Origin: Takakia lepidozioides
Taxonomy: Eukaryota > Plantae > Bryophyta
Direction: 5' to 3'
Assembly (NCBI GenBank): GCA_030704615.1
Contig: CM060733.1
Coordinates: 48,050,001 to 48,114,000 of the forward strand
DNA length: 64,000 nt
The notes beneath the pieces were generated by a model. That model saw only the letters and a list, made by a program, of their open reading frames with translations. It did no database searches and was not told the origin of the DNA. Of this stretch, positions 25,079 to 35,389 are shown piece by piece. The stretch's first letter is position 1. Each line of letters begins with the position of its first letter. The translations under genes were made by a program, and so were the position numbers.

Positions 25079-26423
25079 CTACCTCTGTCCAAGGCATCGT
25101 GGACACAACCATTCCCCACTAGGAACCTCCTCAAGTGGAGGTGTCAAGCATCCCATGTGCCACCCCCTTGAGCATTTGTCACACACCAACATGGTCGCGG
25201 CACCACCAGCATGCCCACATAGCATGCAACGCAACCCTGCAGGTACCACTACAAGGTTGGGATCTATCCTCCCATCCACATGTGGAAGGTGACATGGCGC
25301 ACAATTGCGCACATGGTCCTTCCATACCATGCCATTTCGACCCTCCAGAATCAACACTCCTGAAGGCAACACCTCCCGGACCCTTAGAATCACACGACCT
25401 GCTGTGACATCCAAGGTCGTAGGCGCTGGCTGCTGCAAATACACATAGTCCCCAGGATGGAAACGCCGAACATCTGGCCGATATCCCCCTCCACGTATAG
25501 TGGCGTACCTCAATGTGTCTCGATGTTGGGCAATAGCAAGGTTCTCAAAAGCCATAGGCATGACTCTCTTGAACAACTCTGCTCGTTGGGCACATGCTTG
25601 TGTCCACACATCCGGATCATCAAGGTTGAGGACTACTACAGTCTCCCTGCGAATAGATGCAGGCAAATCTGGCTATTGGCCAAAGAGAAGGAAATAAGGC
25701 GAGAACAAGGCAAGTGATGCTTGCTTGCTAAAACCTGTAACCCATGGCCAACCAAGGTAGCTGAAGGTCCCAATCTCCCAAGTGTCCCTTCTGCAAGTCA
25801 TACCTGCGCAAGCCTCGCTTGACTGTTTGCACAACCCTCTCGGCCAAGCCATCAGCCTCGGGATGATCCCGGGAAGTAGTGCGGCGATCTATCAAGGCTT
25901 GCTCACACAAAGCCTGAAACTCCCCCAAGAACTCTCTCTCCTGGTCCGTGAGTACCTCGGCTGGAGCACCAAATTGGCTAAGCACTCGATCTAAGAATGC
26001 ATATGCAGCCCCCTCACTTGCCTTGTCAGACAATGCCACCTATTCAATCCATTTGGAGAAATGTTCTACCATCACCAACACATACTTGTTATGACAAATC
26101 GTTAGTGGCAATGGGCCTGCGAAGTCAAGACTCCAACGATAGCCCAAACTCATAATGGATAAAGGATGCAATTGTGGAGTAGGTGCATTGAAAGAAGCCC
26201 GCACTCTATTACACACCATGCACCTTGTCACTAACTGTTGAACATCCGTGTGCATGCCCCGCCACCAAATTTGTCCTTGCAACAAACTATGAGTGCGTCG
26301 CACCCCAAAATGTCCCAACTTCTCATGCGGGCATGGCGTACCAATCGCGCTCGTTGTGTTGGATGAGGCACAGTCCTCACTCATCCATCCTCCCATACTC
26401 GGAGTAGGTGAGTCCCCTCCCAC
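25079..26423 (-). pseudogene. Integrase (H2C2 zinc finger, DDE core) with C-terminal PHD finger
   Basis: HEKLGHFG...CMVC; WSLDFAGP; VLTDQ..EF; HPEADGLAERVVQ. C4HC3 PHD CMLC-x11-CDKC-x4-H-xx-C-x14-CPRC at 25079-25228. Internal stops. Confidence 0.9.
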
Positions 26424-28047
26424 TTGAACTTCTTGGCTCGTTGTAGGATCCGATCTCTCTCCTTAGCAGTCACACTGCCTGCTGTCTCTCTAGTATGAAG
26501 GTAGGCCAACACTACTACATCTTCATGTACATCCTTAGCACCACCAAGCTCCTCACTGATCTCTGGATCGTCATGCACACTATCTCTATGACCAATCGCA
26601 TAGGATGGACCAGCTTGAGCTCCCATTGCTAGAATGCATAAAAAGGCATATGCATGCCATCCTGACACCATCTCCTCGTCTGTCTCACCATGCCAACGAG
26701 CTCCTGTATCATCAAGCTCACTTGTGCATGGATTGCGACTCAATCCATCTGCATCCCGGTTGACTATTCCGGCTCGATGCACCACTTGGAAGTCGTACTC
26801 TTGAAGCATAAGTGCCCACCGTGCAAGCTTCCTTGTACGCTTGTCTAACTCCATCAACCACTTCAATGGTTGGTGATCCGTGACAAGGGTGAAGAGATTG
26901 CCATAGAGGTAGCATCTAAAATGTGCCACTGCCCATACTGCAGCTAGACACTCCCCTTCATAGGAACTATTCTTCGCCTCGGCATCATTGTTCGAGCGGC
27001 TAGCATATGCCACTACGAACTCTCTTCCCTCATCATCCACTTGTGTGAGCACTACTCCAATCCCCAGCATACTCCAATCCGTATGTAGCTGGAAAGACCG
27101 CCCCCGAACAGGCCGCCTCAGAATAGGCGCAGAAGTCAATCGAGCCTTGAGTTCCTCAAAGGCTTCCTCCTGCTCCTCTTCCCACTGCCACTCCTGACCC
27201 ACCTTGGTCAACTTGGTAAGAGCCTTTGCAATGCTGCTAACCCCTTGACAAATCGTCGATAGTAGTTTGCCAACCCCATGAAAGCACGAACTCTACTAAC
27301 ATCGATGGGGCGTGGAATGCGTGCAATGGCCTCCACCTTCGTCTTTTGAACACCCAATCCTCCAGGGTATATCATGTGGCCCAGATACTCAATCTGGTTG
27401 TGGAAGAACTTGCACTTCCCAGGGTGCAATTTCAACCCATGCGCTCTCAAGCGCTCAAACACCACCTGAAGGTGTCTCTCGTGCTCCTCAATCGTAGCAC
27501 TAATGTAGCACCGGGCGAAGTCTAGCCCCGCAAGAATCCTATCCATGACCCTCTGAAACTCTGCAGGAGCATTCTTCAACCCAAACGGTAGGAACCGCCA
27601 TTGGTACAAGCAATCCTTCCCATGTTGGTCAATCCCCCAGAATGCCGTCTTTTGCTTGTCAGCCTCTTTGATTGGCAATTGGTGGTAACCGGATCGCAAG
27701 TCCAATGTGCTAAACACCTTTGCATGCCCAATGGCATCAAAGATCTCCTCTGGAGTTGGCATGGCATATCTATCGGACTTAGTCTGACGGTTCACAGGAT
27801 GGTAGTCCCCACACATCCTCCTTTCTGTCCAATTGCCATAGATATCCTTCTTAGCTGGCATCACCGTTGCCGAGGCATACTCCCCGCCTGACAACTCCAC
27901 CAATCCGGCTTCGAACAACTCCATAGTCCGTGACTGGATCAAAGACCTCTCCATATCACTATACCTGTAGGGCCTTCGAAAAATTGGCGTGTCACTTGCC
28001 AAATCAATACGAATCTCCTGGCCCTTCAAACTCCCCAAATCCTTCAA
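26381..28047 (-). pseudogene. Ty3/Gypsy reverse transcriptase and RNase H
   Basis: RMCGDY..VN, FSTLDLRSGYHQ, LPFGLKNAPAEFQR, KCKFF...IEYLGH; RNase H LHTDWS, YEGECLA, TDHQPL, RW...LQEYDF, DADGLSR. YIDD is collapsed to YISA; one frameshift. Confidence 0.93.
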
Positions 28048-28589
28048 ACCAAAGGCAAAGCAATTTCTATAAGCCCTTAGAAATTGTTGGATCCTCCGCC
28101 TCTCTCCTCCGGTGACTGTAGGTCCAACATCTGGTTCCCAGTTGTCCTCAGTGACTGCAACCTTGGGTACACCAGGCTTGGAAGTAGGAGACGCATCCTT
28201 TGGTTGCTAGATAGCAACCTCTTGGGCTTTATCCGCCCACCCTGACCGTGGCGTAGCCTCCACTTGCTCCGCCATAGCCACCTTGAGAACATCCTCTAGG
28301 GAAGAAACATTCTCAACCTCTTCAAAAACATTGGCCACCTTGGCCTCCAACTGATCCTCAGTGTATGGCTCTCCCCACTCCTCATACTACTGCTTGAGAG
28401 ATCCAATGACTCTCTCTTTGCGCATCTCATCCCACATCTGCCATGGATGTTTGCACCCCATGATCCAGTGCTCGCCCCCACTCACTACCTCCACCGTCCC
28501 GGTTGGCAGAGATGGTGCAATATCTAATGGAAGTGTAGAAGTAGCCACTAATGCTTGCAATCTTCGTTGCTCAGCCATGCACAAGCCAA

Positions 28590-29520
28590 TGACCCATGTC
28601 AAGCAATTGAGATCCATTGCCTGACCCAACACCTGGCGTCGTGATGCCTCTGACAGAGCTGGTACAGCTGTAGTGCGCGTGGCAAATCCCATTGCCCGCT
28701 CTCGCTCATCCGCATTGGGCTCCACCAATTGGTGTAGCACACTGTTCCAAATCAACCCAGGACCATTGTCTCGAAAAGCATGAGACGAGGGAAAACTCAT
28801 GAGCGTAGGCAAGGCTGCACGTGGCTGCCCCACTCGATTTACCACTGCAAGAGGTGGACGGTCATCATGTCGCACCCTCTATGGTTGCCTCCCTTGGTCC
28901 AAAATGCCCTCAACTGTGAGATTGGGTGGCCGTTGAATGGAATCGTATGCTCTCTTGAGCAGCTCTGGTGGTGCAAGATCGGTCCACCACAATCGAGGTC
29001 GATGCGCTCGTGATCCCACCGCTGCTGCATCCAATAGCACCGCCGATCCAATCCAAGACCGCACCTGATGCACACTGGCCATAACCCTGGCCCGAGAGTC
29101 CCCCATAAGAGGAACATTCTCCAAGATATAGGCTAGAGTTTGCACTTGCCTTGTCTGCAAGTCACGCAACACTCTCAACATCTCCCAAAACAAATGCGAT
29201 CGTGCATCATGCAAGCCATTCCCATGACCTGCGGGAGAGTGTCTTTTGCAAGGCCATCCAGCTATCACCAAGTCAACGGCACCATGCCGGTCCAAATCAT
29301 CTGCCCCCAATAAGGTAATGTCTGCTGGCAAGGCTTTTTGGTACCCTTGAATTGCTGAGAGAGGCAACAACTCAGAATATTGATGTGTGAGCAAAGCAAC
29401 ATGGCGCATGGAAACACGCCGAGCAATCTCATCCTTCTCCACATACAAGTACTTGCAACACTCCTACAAGCCCAGTGCTCATGCCTCCAAACAGGTCTAG
29501 CAAACAAATCCCTGAGTTAG
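28590..29520 (-). pseudogene. C5 cytosine DNA methyltransferase domain embedded in the retrotransposon polyprotein
   Basis: Motif I LLDLFGGMSTG (~29470-29505), II YVEKD, III ADI, IV DLVIAGWPC (catalytic PC), VI YILENV, VIII AHRPRLWW, IX ERERAMGF, X RRQVLGQAMD. One frameshift after motif I and one TAG at 28879-81. Confidence 0.9.
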
Positions 29521-29839
29521 ATGGTTACCAGATAATAGGCATTGTGTCCAAAGGAGCTAATTGAGGAGGTCCGGGTGATGTCACTGAACTCCCCTCACTC
29601 ATCAATGAAATGCCTCCTGCCATGCTTGGTGCACACTCTCGTCTGCTACTCGCTGCAAATTCCCAACTGTACCCCACAGTGGAATATGCACAGGCACATG
29701 AGGAAGCAACTCAGCCTTGTATGCCATTTGTTTGTCCTCATCAGACGGTGGTCTATCATCTGCATGACTATTGCCCTCCAAGAGCTCACCACCCCAAGCC
29801 ACCACCCCTGAGAATGCAGCCAATGTGGGCATCATGTTC

Positions 29840-32430
29840 CTATGATCCACCGCTACATTCCCAAATAAACCGCACTGGGAGCAGTGCACGTCGGCCATCC
29901 CCTGACTGCCACTCCGGCCTATAGGATGTCGTTTCCTCCCAAAAGTCCAGAGTAAATCCCATTGGGTATAACATAGCTCCACCAACAAGCACATCATAGG
30001 ACATCACGTCTGTAACAATGGCTTTAGCTCTCTTGAGTGAGCCATCCGTAGGATGATCCGGCTGCAATCGAATGACGAGCTCATGGCGTGTAATCCCTCG
30101 TGCCTTCTCTGAACCATCCAAAGATGTTTGAATTTGGAAAGGGCAAGGCTCCAAATCCGCCTTTGTAAGGCCCAAGCCTGCAATTGCTGCTCTTCCCAAC
30201 ATCAATGGCTGTGCTCCCGAGTCCAACAAGACCCGTGGTGGCCTATACCTCCTCCCGGCTAGGCCACCCAACTGAAACACACCATCCTGATTGTCCACCA
30301 GGACTACCCCAGGAGTCACCATACTACGTTCAATGGTTGGTCTAGCTGGCAACTCCTGCAACCTTGCAGCTGCCACTTGCCATGGTGCAGCTGTGGCTGA
30401 CTTCACCCTCGGATCCAAAGCATCCATAGACTGCACCTTATCTGCTATCTCCGCAGATAGTGCCGATGCATCACCACTCTCACAGAGTCTAGCTGCTAGT
30501 CTGAATACAGCAGCTGGCCGAATCCCCGGCATTGCAATGGTCATTGTAGAAAATAATGGAGCTTGGCAAACCGCTGTAGCCGCCCCCAACAATGTACTGG
30601 CTGCACCTTGCTTTGCAGCACCACCCACTCGCATTTCCTGAGCCACACCAACTCTCCCCAATGACACTCGTGGCTCTACCTCTGACACACTTGGGCGAGC
30701 AGGTGCCATTGATGGCGTAGGTGGCACTGTCTCAGCCAATGTAAAGGACTGTGGAAGCCTTGTCTGACGACTTGTTTCCCCCCTTTGTGGATCAAAATCC
30801 ACATCCGCTCCTCTTGGCTCAGGAACACGCGTTGCTGCTCGAGTGACAGCAGCAGCAGAGTCCAATACATGCAATGGCCCTGCAAGTGCGGCTCCACACA
30901 TGAAGCCCATACCAATCTGATCTTCCCTAGGCATAGGAGGTTGTGCAGGTGGGGCTTGAACCTCAAGCCTTGGAGCTGGCGCAACATGAGTAGTGGCCAT
31001 GGCAGCAAAATATTGCTCTAGCTGGGCAAGTCTATCCACCATGCCTTGGTCATGACCTTGACCCTGACCCTGTGTTCCTTGGTTTTGGTTACGACCTCCA
31101 CCCCGACCTCTGCCTCCTCTACCTCTCTGGACTACATTGCCTCGTCCTCGGCCACCATTGTTCCCTTGGAACTGGCCTGGCCGTAGCTCAGGATGCAAGC
31201 CATAACAATGGGCCTCCTCATGCCCATACTTTCCACAATGCCCACACTGTAGTTGTGTAGGCTGTGCCTGTGCCCGCCCTTTGCCTCTCTACGGGCAATC
31301 TTTCTTGATATGAGGTCCTCCACAATCCCAACAAGTCACACCTGACTGTTGTTGGCCTGAGAATGAAGGAAGAGACCTCTGCATCTGAGATCCTCTCTGT
31401 CCTTCCCTCGGCTTCACCTAAGCCCCCTTGTTGCCTTGAACACGTTGGGATAGTGATTGTTGTTGGCTAGGAGCCCCACTTTGTTGTGTCTCCTTGCCAA
31501 ACCCCACCATAACCACTCGCTCCTCCACCATATTGAGCTCTATCCGCTCTGTTAGCAAAAACACGTTTGCTAAGGTGGGTTGGTCCACTTGTAGGCGAGT
31601 TGCATCCTGCACCTTTCTCTTCAGCTCCTTGTCCAATATCCCATACCAAAATTGGACTGCTTGAGCTTCCGTAACTCCTTGGGTTACATTTATCAATCGC
31701 CTCATGCGCGTGTAAGCCTCCTTCAAACTCTCAGTAGGCTTACGCTAGAACTCTTGCAAGCTCCGCAATTTCTCCGTCTTTATCCCCTGGTAGTTTCTCC
31801 TCAACTCCTCGAAGAACTCCACAACTGGGTTAAAAGCAGGCACGGGTGCCGGTGCTGCAGTAGGAGCTTGAGTGGATTTCCCAGCTCCATCTTTACTTGT
31901 CCCACTACTAGTGCTTGCAGTTGGGGATGTTGGTGTAGCTGCTAGTATCGCCGCTGCCCTTGTGCCTCTAGTGATGGAGACATAGTCAGGTGACCAATAT
32001 TGTCGCCACTCCTCAATCTCCACCTCATTTTCCCGCCTAAACTAATCATAGTCATCCATAGGCGGCCCCTCAAGGTGCTGAAACAGCCCCTTCTACGCCA
32101 TAAAAGGCGTAAACAGTTGTGGATTACGCATCTGCTGCAAATCACACCAACTATCAAACTCCTGTATGAAATCATCAAGCTCGATGGTGCCCACAGCTCC
32201 AGAGTACCGTCGTGGCCCTTTAGTAGCTCCATACATTTCCTCCATCATATCCCACAACAATGGCACGGAAATGGCTTGCACCCTCGGCGAGAATCTTTCT
32301 GACTCCGAGTTTGAACCTTCCTCAGAAGACACTGAAGGTGAAGGTGGCCTAAACCACACACCTTGTCTTGTGTACCCACTAGTATCGCTGGTGCTCGTAC
32401 CGCACTCCCCTCAGCAACTGGTGGCACCTC
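29840..32430 (-). pseudogene. Gag (two CCHC zinc knuckles, RGG-rich stretch) and aspartic protease
   Basis: ELDDFIQEFDSWCD and ESLKEAYTRMRRLI gag-like segments; CWDCGGPHIKKDC and CGHCGKYGHEEAHC knuckles (~31210-31335); protease VLLDSGA...DVLVGG in ORF 29840-31198. Confidence 0.85.
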
Positions 32431-33109
32431 CGTGATGAAAACTCACAACCCAACCGGTTGTCAACCCGTCTCTAATCCCCACTTTCCACAAGGTAACCGG
32501 GTAGAGAACCTGTTGCGGCTAGTGGTTCAAGTAGGAATAATAGGTTTCTAACGTAGACCTGTACCCGCACCTGCATCCACCGCAAGCACTCATATGGTCT
32601 GCTGGTCATCAACCCAACCTCACCATAGAAGAAACACTGGTGGTCTTGCTGGTCATCACTCCAGCCTCACCACCGACAGCATACTCTAGGATTGGCCGGT
32701 GATCAAATCCGGACCAACCTCCTATGAAAACAAGCGCCCACACAAAGCTAACATGCATGGTGCACAGTCAAGCATGCAGGTGTGGAGGGGATCCAAACAC
32801 AAGAAAATCAAGACAACAACTCTCCCATACCAAAAACACTCCACAATGTCGTTGCTGCAATGACATTGTGCCCAAACCCGGACTGACTCTTGCCTCCACC
32901 TACGGAAAGGTTTTGGCGTACAAAGATGGTAAAAGACTATGGGGAAGAGAAACTAAAGCAATTTCTAACCCCGGAATGCTCTCATCCCACCACTTTCCCT
33001 CATGTCTCTATCCACTCGCTTGTATGGCCGTGGCAAGTATCCTTCAAATATCCCTCAATCAATCCTTCAAGAGCTCTTCAACATTGTCCACCAAAGCTCT
33101 CCGAAGGGC

Positions 33110-33262
33110 CTTCAATACTCCTCCAAGGACCCCAAAGATCCTCCAAACAATCCTCCAAGGACCCCACAGATCCTCCAAACACTCCTCCAAGGACCCCAAA
33201 GATCCTCCAAACACTCCTCCAAGGGCCCTAAAATATCTTCCAAACAATCCTCCAAAGGCCCT
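33110..33262. repeat. 32-bp tandem repeat, about 4.5 copies, in the inner element leader
   Basis: Unit tcctccaaggaccccaaagatcctccaaaca(a/c) at 33119, 33151, 33183 and 33215. Confidence 0.85.
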
Positions 33263-33289
33263 TAAATTTCACTAAGTCCTTTCAATGTT

Positions 33290-33682
33290 GATACCTTAAC
33301 AGAGGTATAGTCTGAGGTTGCTAGGGTCCCTTATGTTGATGATACCTTTACAGAGGTATAGTCTGAAAATGAGGGTTCTATTTGGTATACTAACAGAGGT
33401 ATAGTCTGAGCTGATTAGGGTCCACATATGGTGATACCTCAACAGAGGTATAGTAAAAGGACAAGCTCCTGTTTGGTATACTAACAGAGGTATAGTCTGA
33501 GCTGATTAGGGTTCACATATGGTGATACCTTAATAGAGGTATAGTAAAATGGACAAGCTCATGTTTGGTATACTAATAGAGGTATAGTCTCACATTAGGG
33601 TTCACATATGGTGATACCTCAATAGAGGTATAGTCAAAGGGACAAGCTTCTGTTTGGTATACTATCAGAGGTATAGTCTGAG
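33290..33682. repeat. Array of nine AGAGGTATAGT-core motifs (~45-bp spacing, ~91-bp higher-order unit)
   Basis: Core at ~33301, 33352, 33395, 33444, 33486, 33535, 33578, 33624 and 33667. The GATACCT-type copies form a hairpin such as ATACCTC-AACA-GAGGTAT. Confidence 0.88.
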
Positions 33683-34956
33683 CATACACTACTAGGGTTT
33701 GTAATGAAGAGCTAGAATGCAAGTCCTTGACTTCTATGCTTCTACTCAAGCAAAAATATGGTCTCTAGGTGGTCATAAGATGCATCTTTTTTCTCTCTTC
33801 CACCCCAATGTGCAACCAAGAGTGGTCCAACTCAACTTGCAAATCATTGTCCACCAAATCAATCCCCTTCTAGTCCTTGGGATTTGATTGCAAACTACCA
33901 TATCTCCATTGTCGAACAATCATGCATTTGTCTCCTCATCACTTGACAATTGCTCCAAATCAACACAAATTATCTCAATGTGTAGGAGCAATGCTTGTCA
34001 CTTACAATAATGCTCCCAAGCAATCCGCCTTGGATCCCACTCTCACGCCATATGCCTCATTTGGGGTCTTGCACTAATCCATCATCCATGTGCTCCCCTT
34101 GGTCATTTGAATGCATGTTCCATGACCTCTTGGCCTATGTGTTGCTCTCCTTCATCATAACATGATCAACACCTCTCCACTTCACACACAAATGGATCTC
34201 AAGGCCTTCACCTCTTGCTAGTTCAAGAGCTCCCCTTCTCAAACTTAAACTTACAAACTCAAGAGAGCATGCTCCACACATGCATCACTTGCTTGGTCAA
34301 CTATCCACCACAAAGCTCGCACTACCAAGAGCATGAATGGCCAAGTATTGCCTCCCCCTCTTGTCACATTACATAGTTAGGGTGAAGCTATGCATACATT
34401 GAATGATGATTTCCCTTCAAGGATTTCCCACCATATGTTCTCCAAGCCCTTCCAATGGTGCCCTAAGCTTAGCTCCACACCACCATGATTGGAAGATTTC
34501 TTCACATGCTCCCTTTCAAAACCTCTTGAGCATCTTAGTGCACTCCAAGTGCTTGCCCTTGTTGTCTTCAAGCCCAAGTCTATCTTCTCTTCCACAACAT
34601 CCACACTTTCAACTTGCTTAACCCTAGATTGATAGTGAAATGAGTACTAACAATCCTTTAGTTGCTCTCCACAAGCCATGGCACACACCATTGACTCCAT
34701 AATGCATACAAAAGATTCTCAAACCCTAGAATCCATGCTTCCACACACACAAGACTTCCTCCTTGCAATCTTTGCAAAATCTTGTGACTCAAGAGCTTTA
34801 TTCTCAAGCTCTCCAACTCCTTGGTGCATGCAATACTCGAGCACCTTTCCTTGCAACCCCTTGCAAGCTTTGTGACTAAATTCTCCTAGCTCTCAACCTC
34901 TTTAACATACAAGTGCAAAACTAATCCTTACACTCCGCTCTCACAAACATAAGGTG

Positions 34957-34969
34957 ATCTTCTTGTAGT
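34957..34969 (-). promoter_or_regulatory. Putative self-priming primer-binding site
   Basis: The 13 nt immediately inside the 5' repeat are the exact reverse complement of 35196-35208 within that repeat. No TGG-initiated tRNA PBS is present. Confidence 0.7.
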
Positions 34970-35389
34970 GATAAGAGATGAGAAATGAGAGAAGTGGAAG
35001 ACAATGAAAACTCTCAAAGCATGAAGCAATCACACTAAGAACAAGCCCTAGTCCTTCCAAGTGAAATCCACTCTATGACATAAACTAAGTCAAGCCAAGG
35101 GCACCCTTACTAAGGGAATCCACCCTACAAAGCCCTCAACACACTCCCTCTCAATACCTAGAGCTATGGAGGTGAGAGAAGCTCATGGAGGCTCAACTAC
35201 AAGAAGATGAACCTCCTCCATCCTCACAAGGGGAAAACCTATCCCCATGTCCCAAGTGAGGCTCGACACCTCACTTGGCATGTGAGACCAAATGAAGTCC
35301 CAACACACAAAATATAAATATAAATATCTAAAATGTCATAGTTAACTAGAAGTAGGTAATTCTAGATAACCATGACTAAAACCATGACA
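34969..35389 (-). repeat. 5'-terminal B repeat (LTR-like) of the inner element
   Basis: ~420 bp matching 24316-24734; sense ends TGTCA...TATCA; no adjoining A copy; internal 10-bp inverted repeat CCAAGTGAGG-n7-CCTCACTTGG. Confidence 0.93.

Larger units (their letters stand above)
24228..35389 (-). mobile_element. Inner Ty3/Gypsy retrotransposon with gag-PR-DNMT-RT-RH-IN-PHD and split direct repeats
   Basis: Termini TGTCGTG (24228) and CATGACA (35389). Flanks gttg (24224-27) and gctg (35390-93) form a 4-bp TSD with one transition. Removing the element restores the outer pol frame (...EGDA-A-FDQQ). All domains lie in Gypsy order on the minus strand. Confidence 0.93.

Noticed and set aside
28590-29520. 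Bacterial contamination, restriction-modification gene or host DNMT gene
   Set aside because: The domain is collinear within a Gypsy polyprotein, decayed like its neighbours, and has no introns, regulatory domains or partner nuclease.
32724-33275. Antisense protein-coding ORFs (183, 113 and 87 aa) in the inner element
   Set aside because: They are open mainly because of the stop-poor 32-bp tandem repeat; no recognisable domain.
33290-33682. CRISPR-like array (palindromic repeat plus spacers)
   Set aside because: The linkers repeat in two alternating classes instead of being unique, no cas genes are present, and the array lies in a plant retrotransposon leader.
24228-35389. DIRS/Ngaro tyrosine-recombinase element, suggested by the split repeats and a methyltransferase
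   Set aside because: No YR ORF is seen. It has a DDE integrase, an aspartic protease and a 4-bp TSD, and the MTase is C5-cytosine type, not the adenine type of DIRS.
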